64,000 nucleotides of DNA, taken from the NCBI GenBank assembly GCA_973895155.1, contig OZ316896.1, forward strand, positions 6,252,166 through 6,316,165, given 5' to 3'. The stretch's first letter is position 1. Every line of letters starts with the position of its first letter. Below, one piece after another: positions 1 through 12,530 of the stretch. The position numbers and the translations under genes were made by a program. Source of the stretch: Marsupella aquatica (Eukaryota > Plantae > Marchantiophyta). The notes under the pieces are model-generated. The model searched no databases. It worked only from the letters and a program-made list of their open reading frames with translations, and was not told where the DNA came from.

Positions 1-1
1 G

Positions 2-208
2 ATGCTTACCAGTGACAGATGGGCGACTACTAGTGCCCTTGAGCATAGCAAAGTTCTCAGGCACCTCCAACCAATCGACAATTATCACAAGGTGTTGTGG
101 CAAGAGCTTCCTGTATCTCCGGCTAGACCCAGACCTGCAGCTTGCGAGACCATTTCAGTGTCGGATTTCGGGAAGCTGGGAATCAAGGATGACAACTTTA
201 GCAGATGA
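2..208 (+). CDS. possible last coding exon of an upstream gene (unidentified)
   Basis: Open frame from the window edge to TGA at 206-208, followed by UTR-like sequence; no recognisable motif. Confidence 0.25.
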   Translation: MLTSDRWATTSALEHSKVLRHLQPIDNYHKVLWQELPVSPARPRPAACETISVSDFGKLGIKDDNFSR

Positions 209-884
209 GCACCGAGGATGATTTGGATCCTAAATCTGATTGTTCAATTGTGAAATGCCCTGTAAGATGTCCATGTTTAGTATCACTACTCTCGCCTCCA
301 AAATTGCGATGGACCAGGCGACATTGAGCGAGGGAATTTTGATTTGAAATGTTGAAAGAATCGAGCAAAGCACTCACTGACCTCCCAACATATTACGGCA
401 CGTTTGAAAAAATCCAGGGGGAATTGGTGAGGTTCCGATATGAGAGGAGAGATTTTCTCAGGTTAACCGTGGTTAGCAGGAAACCACTTCACTTTACAGG
501 GCCGCGACACGACTCAATGTTAACTACCCCAGCAAATATGGGCCCGGGTATACCCACTTTTGGTGCGCCCGATAGCTTCGCGGGCCGCCCGTGAGGTCGA
601 GATATTTGCCATATTTGAGACGCCCTAGTGATAAGCAAACCCAATCACACAAGCTTTCGGCCCGGTTTCTATAGTGAACTCACTCGCTCAGCAGCTCTGG
701 CAAAACATTTCTCCATTGGGTTGGTCAGGTCTCCTGTTCAAGAGCCCATGCCGTGCTTTATTTAATTATCCCTGTTTCTTGATTTGGGGTTCTGGTAAAA
801 GGAAATGAAAGTTCTAGGGTCAGACCAGAAACCCAACTATCCGATAGAATGCGCATCTGCCACTTCAGTATCCGTTGCCAGCTA

Positions 885-2196
885 CACTCTTTACAGTATT
901 TAGTCTCACACACTCTAATTACTGTGAGGTTATATTTGAGATAAGTGATGGTAATTAGGGTGTGTGACACTAATATAGTATGACACTAATTCCGGTCACA
1001 AGTCAAATAGTGTCACATACACTTAAGTTAAAAAAAATAGAATGGACAATTCTAGTCAAAATTTGCTTATAAAAAATTTAATTACAGCTCACAGGACTCA
1101 CTACTCAAACATTGAGAAAACTTCAGAAACTTATAACTCCTTCCATATACTACCCAAACATTGAGCAAACTTAAAAAATTTATAACTCCTTCTCACATAA
1201 CACAAAATTGCAGTTCGGGTATTCAACCACACCGAGCAAACAAGATTTGTTTGATTCATTTCTATCAACTACGAATAACACATGCTATCTCACATAAGCT
1301 ACAAATTAACATCCTTTTTATTCTCTTATAGCCTGTCCCTTGTGTCTCATCCTTGCAAGACGGCATACAGCCCCAAGAGAAGTGAGTTAAGCTGGCTCTT
1401 CATCTGGTTCACCAACATCAGGAGTCACTTCAACAATAGCATCAATGTCAAGGCCAACTTGACTCACTTCAAAATTCACTCAATACTTCGCTATGCTATT
1501 CTGAAACTCAAGTGTAAGTTGATTTTCAGACTATACACCATTGACATTTAGAGACCAACCGATCTTTATCATTGAGTTTTGTGCATAAGACATGCCATGT
1601 ATGTCAACAGAACTGTTCCCCTTAGCTACAGAGTCCCTTGCCAATGTCAAAAACAATGTTCATGTGGATTTATCAATTTCCCAGATGTGCCCTGTGTCCC
1701 AGTCCCCATATTTTTTGGGTCTTCATTTTTCATTTTTTGAAGTGAAGTGAGGATAAGCCAAAGGAGATGCAAAATAATTACCAGTGACATTTTAACATAG
1801 TGAGTCTTGATTCTTTTTGAATTCCCTTGCTCTAGCAAATCCAGCTATGATGGCCAATCCATTCCCGCCATGATGGCCAATCCATTCCTGCCATGTTATC
1901 AATCTGTCAACTTCCTTTCACAAAGACTGACAAGCTAAAACACAAAGAAGTTTTCTAAGAACATACACACAAAAAGATGTTATTGGTAGTCTGGATAATT
2001 TTTGGAGTGGGTCCAGTTTAGGTTTACCACCAATAACATAGTCACCTCTAATTATCAATATTTTTCAATATGTTAATTTATTTTTCAAAATTGGGGGTGG
2101 TGGTAAATAATGTCACTTGGCTGAAAATCAAGGGCTACCCCTAATTAGTGTGTGTGACACTAATTGTTTCATGACACTAAATACTGTAAAGAAGTG
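885..2196. mobile_element. non-autonomous TIR DNA transposon with TA target duplication (Tc1/mariner/pogo-like)
   Basis: Left end ta|cactctttacagtatttagtctca and right end tgacactaaatactgtaaagaagtg|ta form ~25-bp imperfect inverted repeats flanked by TA (883-884, 2197-2198). Subterminal (tgtg)tgacactaa repeats at both ends; no intact transposase. Confidence 0.75.
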
Positions 2197-2689
2197 TACA
2201 TGAGTTCTGCAGCCAAGCACGGCTTTCGTGGTCAGCTTCAGCCCTCTCCTTTGCTTGCCTTTTGATGTTAAACTCTCCAATCAAGAAACCTCCTGCTCAA
2301 CAGCGAGCGGCCCCTGGTTCCCTTCTTGTCCATAGCAAGAGTCAATTTCTTCTAATCCTCCACTGTAGCCACTGTTGCTAACAAACGGCAACTTGTTGTG
2401 AACTTCTGTCCGCTTGTGCACTTCGCACCCCTTCGTGTTTCTGTTCTTTTCTTTCTTTGGACACATTGACACCTACATTGCCTCAAATATCAAACCTAGA
2501 GCTCTCACTGCGCCGTTTCTTGGCTTGATTGAGTCGTCGTGATGAATTGCAGTTCTTTGCACCAATACAACTTAGGCACGAATCGGATTTGAATGAGATC
2601 GTAAGCATGGAAGGATTGAAGGATTGCTCGATCGACCTAACTCACCGCCTCCGCTTTACAGGAATGAGTGACTAAGCGAAAAGGACTGC

Positions 2690-5600
2690 ATGGATAATAG
2701 TTGGAGGACTAGCGGGAACGGCACAGTGTCTGACATGGCCGGCTTAGCGGAAGAAAGAAGGTGCGCTCTCTACCCTTACGGCAGATATATTGAGCGACAA
2801 TTTCAACGGGAGGAGCATTTAAATATCTGCAAGGTTTCAGCTGTCCGTGACACTCAAAGTGATAACGGTTTTGATTTTTGGGGGATGTTCATCTCCAGGT
2901 GCTTGTGCATCAGAAGGGAGACAAGAGTCAAATATCACCCTGTTCAAAAATGTTCATCTCCAGGTGCTTGTGCATCAGAAGGGAGACAAGAGTCAAATAT
3001 CACCCTGTTCAAAATGTCACGGATTGGGACTGATTCCTCCATTCTCAAATCGAGCTCAGAGCTCCTGCAAATGTTCTTCATTGAATGGAAGTTTTGGAGA
3101 GTGCAGTCCGCCGTCATGCCGGATAGCGAACAGCGTCTCGTTACATGCTATACCTTACGGTAACTTACCCCGTTGTCGATCGATAGGTTCTCTCTGCGAA
3201 TATGTTCTTTTAGCCACGCGCGTGCAGAAGGAGCTATCAGGCTTCGACTGAAATTCACGCACAACAAGCCTCGGACGCTTAGGAGACATGGTTTCCTCCG
3301 TGCCAGCTCTTCCTCCGGCTCAGTGGAGCTTACGGTAAAACGTCCCTTTTGGTCTTCAGTGTGCAAGGCGATTTGCAGAATATGTCAAGAGTTTGTCCGC
3401 GGCTACCGTGTACTGTTCGCAATCTAGCATCGTCCGCTACACAGATTCTCATAGTAAACAGGACAAAGCAACCGTTTCCGGAACATCAGGAGTGACGAGT
3501 CTTCCAAGCTCATTTGCTTATTGAATCAGAGGCCCACGCTGACGACTAGCGATTGTGGAAATTGCGGGGATGTTAGAAAACTTGGAGAGGCGAGGACCGG
3601 TCGACCCCTCGTCGTTACTCTCGCCGTTCAGGAAAACAGAATTCGCACCGTGTGGCTAGATACAAGCAAAATTTCTTACGTGAAGAGAAGAAACTTGAAA
3701 ATCTTGGTTTCATAAAGATCCCCTGGGCAGCAAGAAGTTGGAAAGTAGTTTCTATCCTTGTTTTATAAATCTCCAGCTTTTTCTTGATTGCAGAAATTTT
3801 CTGATGCGACAACTTCGCAGCCCCAGCGTTTCCCCCGGCTACGTAACGACTGTCCTCTGCAATTTCGCTCCAGTAGATTTTGCAACTCCATGATTGCAAT
3901 TTCAAGACAAAGACGATGGGAAACTCGAACAGTACAAAAGTAAGGGCTAGACCACGGAGTCCGCTGCCCAAGACTGTCGATGTTACTTCAACATTGTTAT
4001 CGCCAAAATCAACCAAACGTTCAAAAGATGATGACCTCGGATTCGAGGAGACTGCACTTTCGGATAGGTTCATCTCAGACTTTGTCCTCAATGTACCGAC
4101 TCGGTACCAACCAGTCTCTTGCCATATGACGATGTCTCCAATCAGCATCGCAATCAAATGTACAAATGCTCTCTAGGCCATTTCCCCAATACCCGGTCAG
4201 TTCAACCGATTCAGCGGATTCACTTCACCAGACATTGTTAGTGGTTACATGTTTCAAACGATTCAGCTTTCTTCGACCGACATAAAACCTTGGTCTTCAG
4301 CAAATCCAAAACCCTCATTTATTTAACTCATTGAGTATTTTATCAAGCCAACTTCTTGTCAAATTCAACCTTTCAACAGACTATCAATTCAATCCGCAAG
4401 ATTCACTTCACTACTGAAAAATGCTGTGTGCGGGTGTATGGGCCTTCGCTGCAAATTCACGCTAGAAGAAAGAAAAAGTTCAGGAGAATGTACATTTCTG
4501 AGACGCCCCTAAATGTGTGAGCTCTCGTAACTGCAGGGCATATCGGCATCACCGGAAAAGACTTGCTAGGATTGTTGCCGATCAGTGGATGCATGTAGCA
4601 CGATATGTAAACCTCCTCTGTCCTTAATCCTACTTGCTTTCTCGTGATCTCCCTTAGCTATCTGTGTTGCTCTTCAGTTAGGATCGATCAATAGTTGATA
4701 TTGGTTTCATAATGCATTACACCAGAAAGTCTGGCAGATATCTCACACAGACTATCCTGAGCTTGAATGTTTTTTGCAACTTCTCAGAGACTGGTAGCGC
4801 TAAAGTTCAGGATGAAACGAGCAGCAAATATACAGAGGTTAGAATCCGTTCCCCACATAAACGGTGGTAGTGAAATTCATCAGAAAAAGGACTCTTAGTT
4901 GTTCAAGTGGGGTCTTGTCACCTGTTATCGTTACTGAGAACTCCTATCTAAGAATCAGTATCAAACGTAAGCAGTGGTACTTAATACTTCAGAAAAAAGG
5001 GCCCTGAATCGTTCAAGTGGGTTTTATTCACCTCTATTTAAATGATTGACAATTCCACTGAAAATCCACAATTGAACTATGTCATCATGAAAATTTGATC
5101 CTTGTACCTACCATTCAATGCCATTACCAAATCATTATCTGCCCAATTAAAAGTGAGATAGTTCCTTTGGAACCTCAAACGTATGCGTAGGATTATCTAC
5201 ATAATATTGAGCTCTTTTTTAATAATCACAAGCTAGTCTTCACTTTGTCTAACATTACCTCAAATATCAAAGCGCCTTTTCAATAAAATCACAACATGGA
5301 AGGAAGTCTATTTAGATGCAAATTATTGTTGCGACCATGAGTCTTCCTCCGGCACCTTGATCACGGGGCAGCGAACTTGTATATTCTGTTGTACTTTCAC
5401 CACGATAAGTAGGCATGTGTCCCAGTTGGATTCAGATTTTTGAAAGTGAGAGGAGAGATGCGAGCACGTGCGTTTGAAGTTGTGAATTGATGTTTTCACC
5501 ACAGGTTGTGCATTACTGAATGGAGAAATATGGCTGAGCACAGAGCTCGTATGTCTCATATCTTTGAACGAGCCAGTGTTTTGTGTCGCTTCCTCATGGA

Positions 5601-8600
5601 AAGGAGAAGTTTCTATGCTTGGAAAGAAACCTTCCATCGCAATCGAGTTCTTGCTGACGCCTGTAGACGGACTATCGACATGGGTACACCTCCTTAGACA
5701 TAGATGTCACGCATAAAAATACTTCTTGCGGAAGCGCTTAGGAGAGCAGTTTACATCTGTGCCTGCCTTGTTCCTTTTAACCTAGTTGCCTACCTTGGTT
5801 TCGTGTTCCACTTTGAGATACTGTAGACGTCTGTTGTTGTCACTAGTACCAGCAGACACTTTCTATCGGAGGCATTTGAAAAAAGTGGGGGCAGGGGGGT
5901 TGCGGGAGGGGAGGGTAAGGAAAAGTCTTACATCTCAAACTATTATTGTTCTCTTCCGTCCACTGCGGTTGCTCTTCTCAATGCTGCTATTCAAATCCCC
6001 TTTTTGCCTGTAAACTACTTACGTTCTGCGGATGCATTTACGAAACACATTCATATTTGTCAAATATTTTTGGTTTAGCGGCCTTTGAAAATTACTCAGG
6101 TTCCCTTCACGCCCCACCACTGACGATCTTTCTGTCCGAAAAACTTATACGTCGCATGCGAAATGAATGCGCCCCTGGCAGTCAGATGCAATCAGCCGCT
6201 GATGGTTTTCATTGCCTTTCAAAGACACTCTCAAGAGAAGATTATGGAGCGCAAACAATTCGTAAAGGCGGAGAATTTTCGTCGTCTACATGTGCAGAAC
6301 AGTTGCTGCTCACACTGGCTGTCATATGTGCAAGAAAGGGCTTTAAAGTTGGAGTTGAACACGCGAGCAAGCAAGAAATGGACAAACAATCTAGTGAAGT
6401 CGGTGTTGAGAGGGTGGAAACAGGCCACACTGCTGAAGGAGGTCCATGAAACTGAAAGAAGTGCGGCAAAGGATCCTGTCCTACATGCTAAGGTCAATGG
6501 ATTTGATCAAGTTAGAAGTTCTGCGTCTGAAGATCCCATCTTGCAAACTCAAATTGTAACCAAATGCTTTTGGTGTTGGTACTTGTTGGTGTCTCAAAAA
6601 AGTAAGTGGCTGACTGAGAGATGGATGCAGATCAGCAATCTTTTGCTCTAGCTATTTTACCATAACAAATGGTCCTGGCCGAAGAACCTCAAAGAGTAAC
6701 TATTTGATAACGACCCTCGGAGCTCTGGTCAGGAGCTGGTTAGCTCTGAAATACTTTGTTAAATTGTTCCAGGATAGATTTCAACTCGACTTAAGGCAAT
6801 GGCCGTAGTCGCAACAGAAGCAAGACACAGTATATAAAACAGAATTGTTGCCGCTCGACATTGGTAACAGGGTCCCGCGCTGAATGTCATGCTTTCGATA
6901 TGACTCTATATAATATATGACTGGATACAACATCTCAGGGAACTGAATACACAGACATCCCTAAGACATTGTATTCATACCTGGGTTCATTCAATCCACG
7001 AAAGCTTTTACATTACCCGGCAATTTTCATTGAGTAAAACCCTTGTTTCCTTGTTTATTGTGAATGAATAATGCGTAGTATCTCCATTATCCACTCACAC
7101 GGTCAAGCTCTTCTTTTTGTGTAATCTAGTGAACCCACTGAAGGGACTAGTGTCGCAGGGAACCACCAAATAATGGAAATGGGAACTTTTCATTCTCCGA
7201 ACTTTCCATTCTCCGAACTTTCCATTCTCCGTTGGGTGTCTTTGCTTTTGCAGTCGTGTGTACTGTAGAGGTATCAAATCGCACTTTCTTCATTTCATCA
7301 GAGTTTAGATCAATCTAATGCAAAAATCAACATGCTCTACATCACCACCTTCGGGTATTCTTGGGTCAAATGTTCGAGAACTTCTGATTGGAGCATGTAT
7401 TCCGTCCTAACTTTCCCATCCAAAATCTTAATTTATTCAAGATAAGATAGAGAAACAAAGAATTCCTGTTAAATCACGAATGCGGAGCCAATTGATTCCA
7501 TGACGATAACTTTGCAGTAGAGAAGAACTTTAAACTCGACCGACATCCTTCTCATGGGGTTCAGCCATTTTTTGTCCGGATGCGATGCATTACAGAGACT
7601 GCAGAGGAGCATACAGAGCAGTTTGAAGACAAATCTCTCTTTCTGGTGGTGAGGCACTATGACAGGAATTTGCAGGTTTGACCTCATTGTCGCTCCCTCG
7701 GATTCTACAGCTCCCAAATGGAACCGTTTTACATTAGTAATGATTGATTGTAGCTAATTGTAAGGTATTCGCGTTGTCCTCCCACTCTGGACGACTACCG
7801 AGCATGCTAGGTGAAAGGATTATTCAGATTGTCTAGATTCTTATGCTGTGGAGGACTTTATTTGCGGTCTTTTATTATGCAGCGCACAGCTTATGGTGGA
7901 TGGAAAACGTTTGCGTCTCAAAGCCGATTGGCAAAATCGATTTCTGAAGAGAGTCGGGAACTGGACGCTCTGGTATAATTTCTACTCAGTATTCACCAAC
8001 CCTCAACGGGAATACAAGAACGACAGAACTAGTAATTTTCTGCATAAATAAATGACTGCATACCACCAGTGGGTTCCAAACAGAGGATAGAGCAGTAAAA
8101 ACCATACTCTTATGCCTAATCTGAAAAACAATACAAGGGCTTTCTAGTCAGAGACTGAGTTGGAAATTCTGCCGAGTGATACACTTATGCCTAATCTGAA
8201 AAACAATACAAGGGCTTTCTAGTCAGAGACTGAGTTGGAAATTCTGCCGAGTGTGTCCATTGTAATCCTTTCTAAAAAAGCAACTGTGATGTACTACAAG
8301 TAGGACCTTTGTTCTGATTCTCTCGTGAGTAGCCTCCTTTTCGAAGAACTGCCACATTTAGACACAAAGAATCGACATTTTCCTGATGCACTAGAATGCG
8401 ACAGATGATCAAGCGCAGACTTCGATGAAAAAGGGTTTGCCTTGAATACCATTCACACGTAGTATCAGATGAAACTCTGTCTTCGCACGGATCCACACGT
8501 GATGGAATGAGGCAATTGCGCCTCTTTTGGGTGTCAAAAGTTTTTAAACGGATGTACTCCACAAGAATCCAAACTACAAATTTATATCCTACAAGCTTAA

Positions 8601-11332
8601 CATTTGAGGCAGAACATGGACTGTAACTCTCTGCCACCTTTCAGCAGCTGGAAAATTGAAATTTTTGCACATATGTATTGAGGGGGATTAGGAAAGTTAA
8701 TAGGAATCGAGTTAGAGTGCTGAGAATGTATCATATCTGGCAATGTCTATCCAATGTAATTGACAGGAATTTGGTGGGAATTGGTAATGAACAGAGTAAT
8801 TTCAGACCCCAAAGTGAAACCCTCGCGTATCAAAAAACCTCCCGCCGTGTGTGGGGCAGTAGGCAGAATGAGAATGCCAGAGCCCTCTGTGAGCTGCTTA
8901 AGCAGAAGTACTGTGGCACAAGGTCCCGCAGAGAGTGGACCATCAGACAGAATGACTACGCAACTGCCAAAAAAGAACTGCTTGAGCAGATGTATTGTAG
9001 CGCAGGCTCCCGAAAAGTGTGGACTATTGGATTGAACGGCTGCACAAATACCAAGAGCGAGATCCTTAAGCTGATGTACTGTAGCAAACCCTCAAGCCGA
9101 GTAAACAATCTACCTCTCCCACAAGTTAAATTTTTAAACCATCAGCCTGTGTTTCTATGGGCTTCGAATTTAAGACTTTAGGCATTTGATGAGAGAGTGT
9201 TTCTAACCTACCAAGGACTCGTGTAACAGGAGGTTGCAGTGTCTTGGTTTGTGACAACGCTGGTCAAAAGATTTCTGTGTATTTGGAAGGAGCAAGTCTT
9301 AAACTTAAAACGACACAGACAGAGTCATTGGTATGCTGTAGTGCACTCGAAAATGCATTGCTTACTGAAAGGGTTTCATGCACTTCGCGAGAATGTGGAT
9401 GCCAAGCAATCAAAACAATCATTGCAAGAACTTTCAGTGAACTGCTACCACCAAAATTTGAAAAGGAAGACTGTGAGTGGTTGTAAGCTTCTCCATCAAA
9501 CCAAACGAGTGAAGTTGGTTCAAATTGAACACGCCGCAGCCCAGTGGAGAACGGCAAAGTTGCAGGAGCGGTTTGAGAAATGGTCTCTTGCTACCGCTCT
9601 CAGATCAATGCGAAGAACTCAGCAACAAAAGGCTGTTCATTTTCGGAACAGACAATTACTTCTTCATGCGTTTCAAGCTTGGCATGATATCAAAGGAATA
9701 TTTGAAGAACGGGGGAACTTGAAAATGACTCAATTGAAGAGATTGAGAGGAAGCCTCGTAAAGTTCAAAACATTACGTATATTGACTTCTTGGAAATCTC
9801 TTCGAAAAGAGATCAACATCAGGAGATTCAATCAAGCCCGGGCCCTTCAATTTTTTATTGGATTCAGGACAGCACACATAGTCAAAGCCTTATATGTTCA
9901 CATGCAGAAGCAGAAACTGAAACGCTCAGTTCTTGCGAAAGCTGCACACATTCACAAGATCAGGTTATTTAAGTTTGGTATACGTACATGGAGTGAGTGT
10001 GTGTTGTCGAAGTGTTTAAGTCGACTTGCTGCCGATCACAGGAGATACAGGCTACTGAAACACGCAATCACTTCTTTAATGCAATGGCATCAGCCCCACG
10101 TTGAGCTCAATGATGTGGAAGAAGACGAAGGACTACGACAAACAACCTGCTCATCCAGGTTAGTTTTAGACATCCACATGACCACTAATAAAGATGTCCT
10201 AAAGCAAAGAAGGAACATCATTTTAGCTTGCGCGAAAATTAGTGCAATACAGCGGATAGCAGGTAGCAGAGCTGCACTGGATTTCATTCCATACTTTTAT
10301 TTTCAACAAAAAAATCCACATCTCATAGTATTACTCTCAATAACTGTTGATCAGGCCATCAGTTATGAAGCTGTTAATGGGCTCTGAAAACTCACAGACT
10401 TCTTTAATTGCCACAACTATGCGACACTGCACAGAAGAGCACAGGACACTAGATCCTTGGACATTTGCACGGCTGTTGTAGCACTCAATTCGCGATTCAG
10501 GGCCAGATTGGGCATCTTCCTCACAGATGCTAGCAGCAATGCCCACCTTCTGACTGACAACGAACCAAGCTAGTCGCATACGACTGAAGAGAATCGGTAA
10601 CACTGTTGGTTTATGTCCTGTAGGGGACTGCATGCTTGGGACGCTATGAGCACTCAAAATTCAGCTCCAGTGATATCTGCTCGACCCCAACCTCGTCGAC
10701 CTGCATTTCTTTATGAGGATGTAGCTCAAACTCAGGCTCAAAATGTACAGGGGGAGAGAAATGGAGAGGAAAAAGGCTCACCTGGAGGTTGGACTTCAAG
10801 GGATCCGAATCTGGTCGCTAAGGAGATTGAGTGGATGGAGCATGTCTTACTGGACTATGAAGAGCTCAAAATGCAGATTGTACGGCTACGTGCTGAATTG
10901 ACATTGCAACTTGAGCAAAGTTCATCGGGTACAACTACAATACCTTCCTGGATGTCTACTTCATTTTCTAGAGGCAAATAAAATCAAGAAGTGAGAAACA
11001 CATTGTTATTGTTAAACTACACAGATGATAACCGGTCTAAATTGTCTGTCTACAGAATGCAAATAAACAAAACATGAACTCACAGCCACTGCGACGAATT
11101 AATCTGTTAAAACATGACTCCGACGCAAAGAAATGCATGAAAGATCTTCATTGTACAATAAGACGTTATCAGGTTGGCATATGTAGGTGTCAATGACGGT
11201 CTTGATGAACACGATCTGCTGCGGCAAGAAATATCATCCCTTGAAGCAAAACAGAAGGTGCAGAGGCCATTAATTCGTGCTGTTCTATCACGGGTAAAAG
11301 ATCTTCAAGTCAGAAAAATTCCTGATGCATGA
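2690..11332 (+). CDS. SFI1: SFI1-like centrin-binding centriole/basal-body protein, multi-exon
   Basis: Phase-compatible GT-AG exons: 2690-2833, 2964-3159, 3228-3334, 3794-3939, 4537-4606, 4788-4837, 5505-5683, then less certain exons near 5847-5914, ~6196-6492, ~7520-7675 and ~7883-7972, then 9230-10158, 10624-10928 and 11187-11332 (TGA). Many Sfi1 repeats fit A-x7-LL-x3-F/L-x2-W (AVHFRNRQLLLHAFQAW, AAHIHKIRLFKFGIRTW, AYRHHRKRLARIVADQW). The C-terminal RPQPRRPAFL motif and the coiled-coil tail QRPLIRAVLSRVKDLQ resemble the animal SFI1 C-terminus. The start codon and middle exons are uncertain. Confidence 0.82.
2885..3014 (+). repeat. exact 65-bp tandem duplication spanning the intron1/exon2 junction of SFI1
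   Basis: atgttcatctccaggtgc...ccctgttcaaaa occurs at 2885-2949 and 2950-3014. Confidence 0.95.
7182..7231. repeat. 16-bp tandem repeat x3 (gaactttccattctcc)
   Basis: Seen directly, inside an SFI1 intron. Confidence 0.85.
8104..8253. repeat. 75-bp tandem duplication (intronic)
   Basis: atac(t/a)cttatgcctaatctg...ctgccgagtg at 8104-8178 and 8179-8253, near-identical. Confidence 0.9.
8806..9100 (+). other. candidate exon encoding 84-bp/28-aa degenerate repeats
   Basis: ttcag acceptor at 8805, gtaaac donor at 9101; units start at 8894, 8978 and 9062 (LLKQKYC..SRREW / LLEQMYC..SRKVW / ILKLMYC), with many synonymous differences. Confidence 0.5.
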
Positions 11333-12530
11333 GATATTCACCATTTACACTACTCCAACGGACATCAGATGCCTGGGCCACTTAAGGTAAGCTCGTAGGT
11401 AATCTCTCTTGATAGGATCCTGCACGTGCCAAATGCAAGCTTCGAGTCTTCCGGATCATACAGTGTAATGCAAGGTCTTCCAAAACTCTCAATTCATTGC
11501 ACTCTCCGTTGCACAAGATCTCTACCATCTCTTAGCCGCCTTGTAATTTATATACATTAGATTTGTGCTTGCTCGATATTTATGACCCAGTCCATGGAAG
11601 TAACTTCAAGAGTGTGCACGTTGACAACCAATGACAAATATTAGTTCGCACTACCATTCACAAACGTTACACCGACATCAACTGATACCGGTGCCAATGA
11701 TGCAAAAGTTCACAACCATTCCTGATGCAAATTTAATTTCTGTAAGAAAGTCTCAACCCACACTGGGACATTGTACACACAAGGATCAGTGAGCTCTTGA
11801 TCGTATTATAAGTAAAGACGGGCGACTGTCCCCCCGGTTGGGAAGTTTTCAACGCAATTCATATACTCATTGCTTTGACAAAAACGCTTTGTGTCTGATA
11901 CAACTGTCGAAGACAGCGATTAGTTTCTAGATACTGATGCTAGACAAATCATTCCGCATTCACTCCAGCCTCCCATCACAAAATCGTCCTTTCTCTGAGT
12001 CATACCACATCACTTCAAAGTACTCCAGCGTAGATTCCTGAGGTAGTGCTCCTTCCAAGCTTCTAGGATTGTTCCCAATTCCCAAGACATGTGTTCTAAT
12101 ATAAAACTTAAATGGTCGACAGAGCTATCTGTCTCTTGCAAATTGGCAATATGGCTAGGGAAATAACCAAAGCAAATCTAAGCAATAACTGTACTTAAAC
12201 CATGCAAAGTGCACCTATATGGATGTGAGCTTACAGCAATATATACAACAAGAGCTTTCACAGATTACAAGGACATGGTGAGGTACATCAAAAATATTCT
12301 TTCGTGGTAGGATCATCTAGCTCATGCTCCGGTTTGCATACCATCACACGAAATGAGGGTCAGCAAATGGACGATCAGTTCTGCGAGTTGGGTTCTGTCG
12401 AGTCGATTGAGTCTAGTGCAAAAACAGCCAAAGAGTAGTTCCCAAAAAGTTTCCCTAGCCTCCCGTTATCCTGAGCGTGGACAGCGTCCAGCCGATATCT
12501 CCTAGACGTCTGACTGAATCTTCCACAGAG

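Noticed and set aside
3615-4176. Minus-strand 180-aa ORF and plus-strand MGNSNSTK ORF as a nested gene
   Set aside because: No recognisable domain; the region is explained by SFI1 exon 3794-3939 in another frame plus intron.
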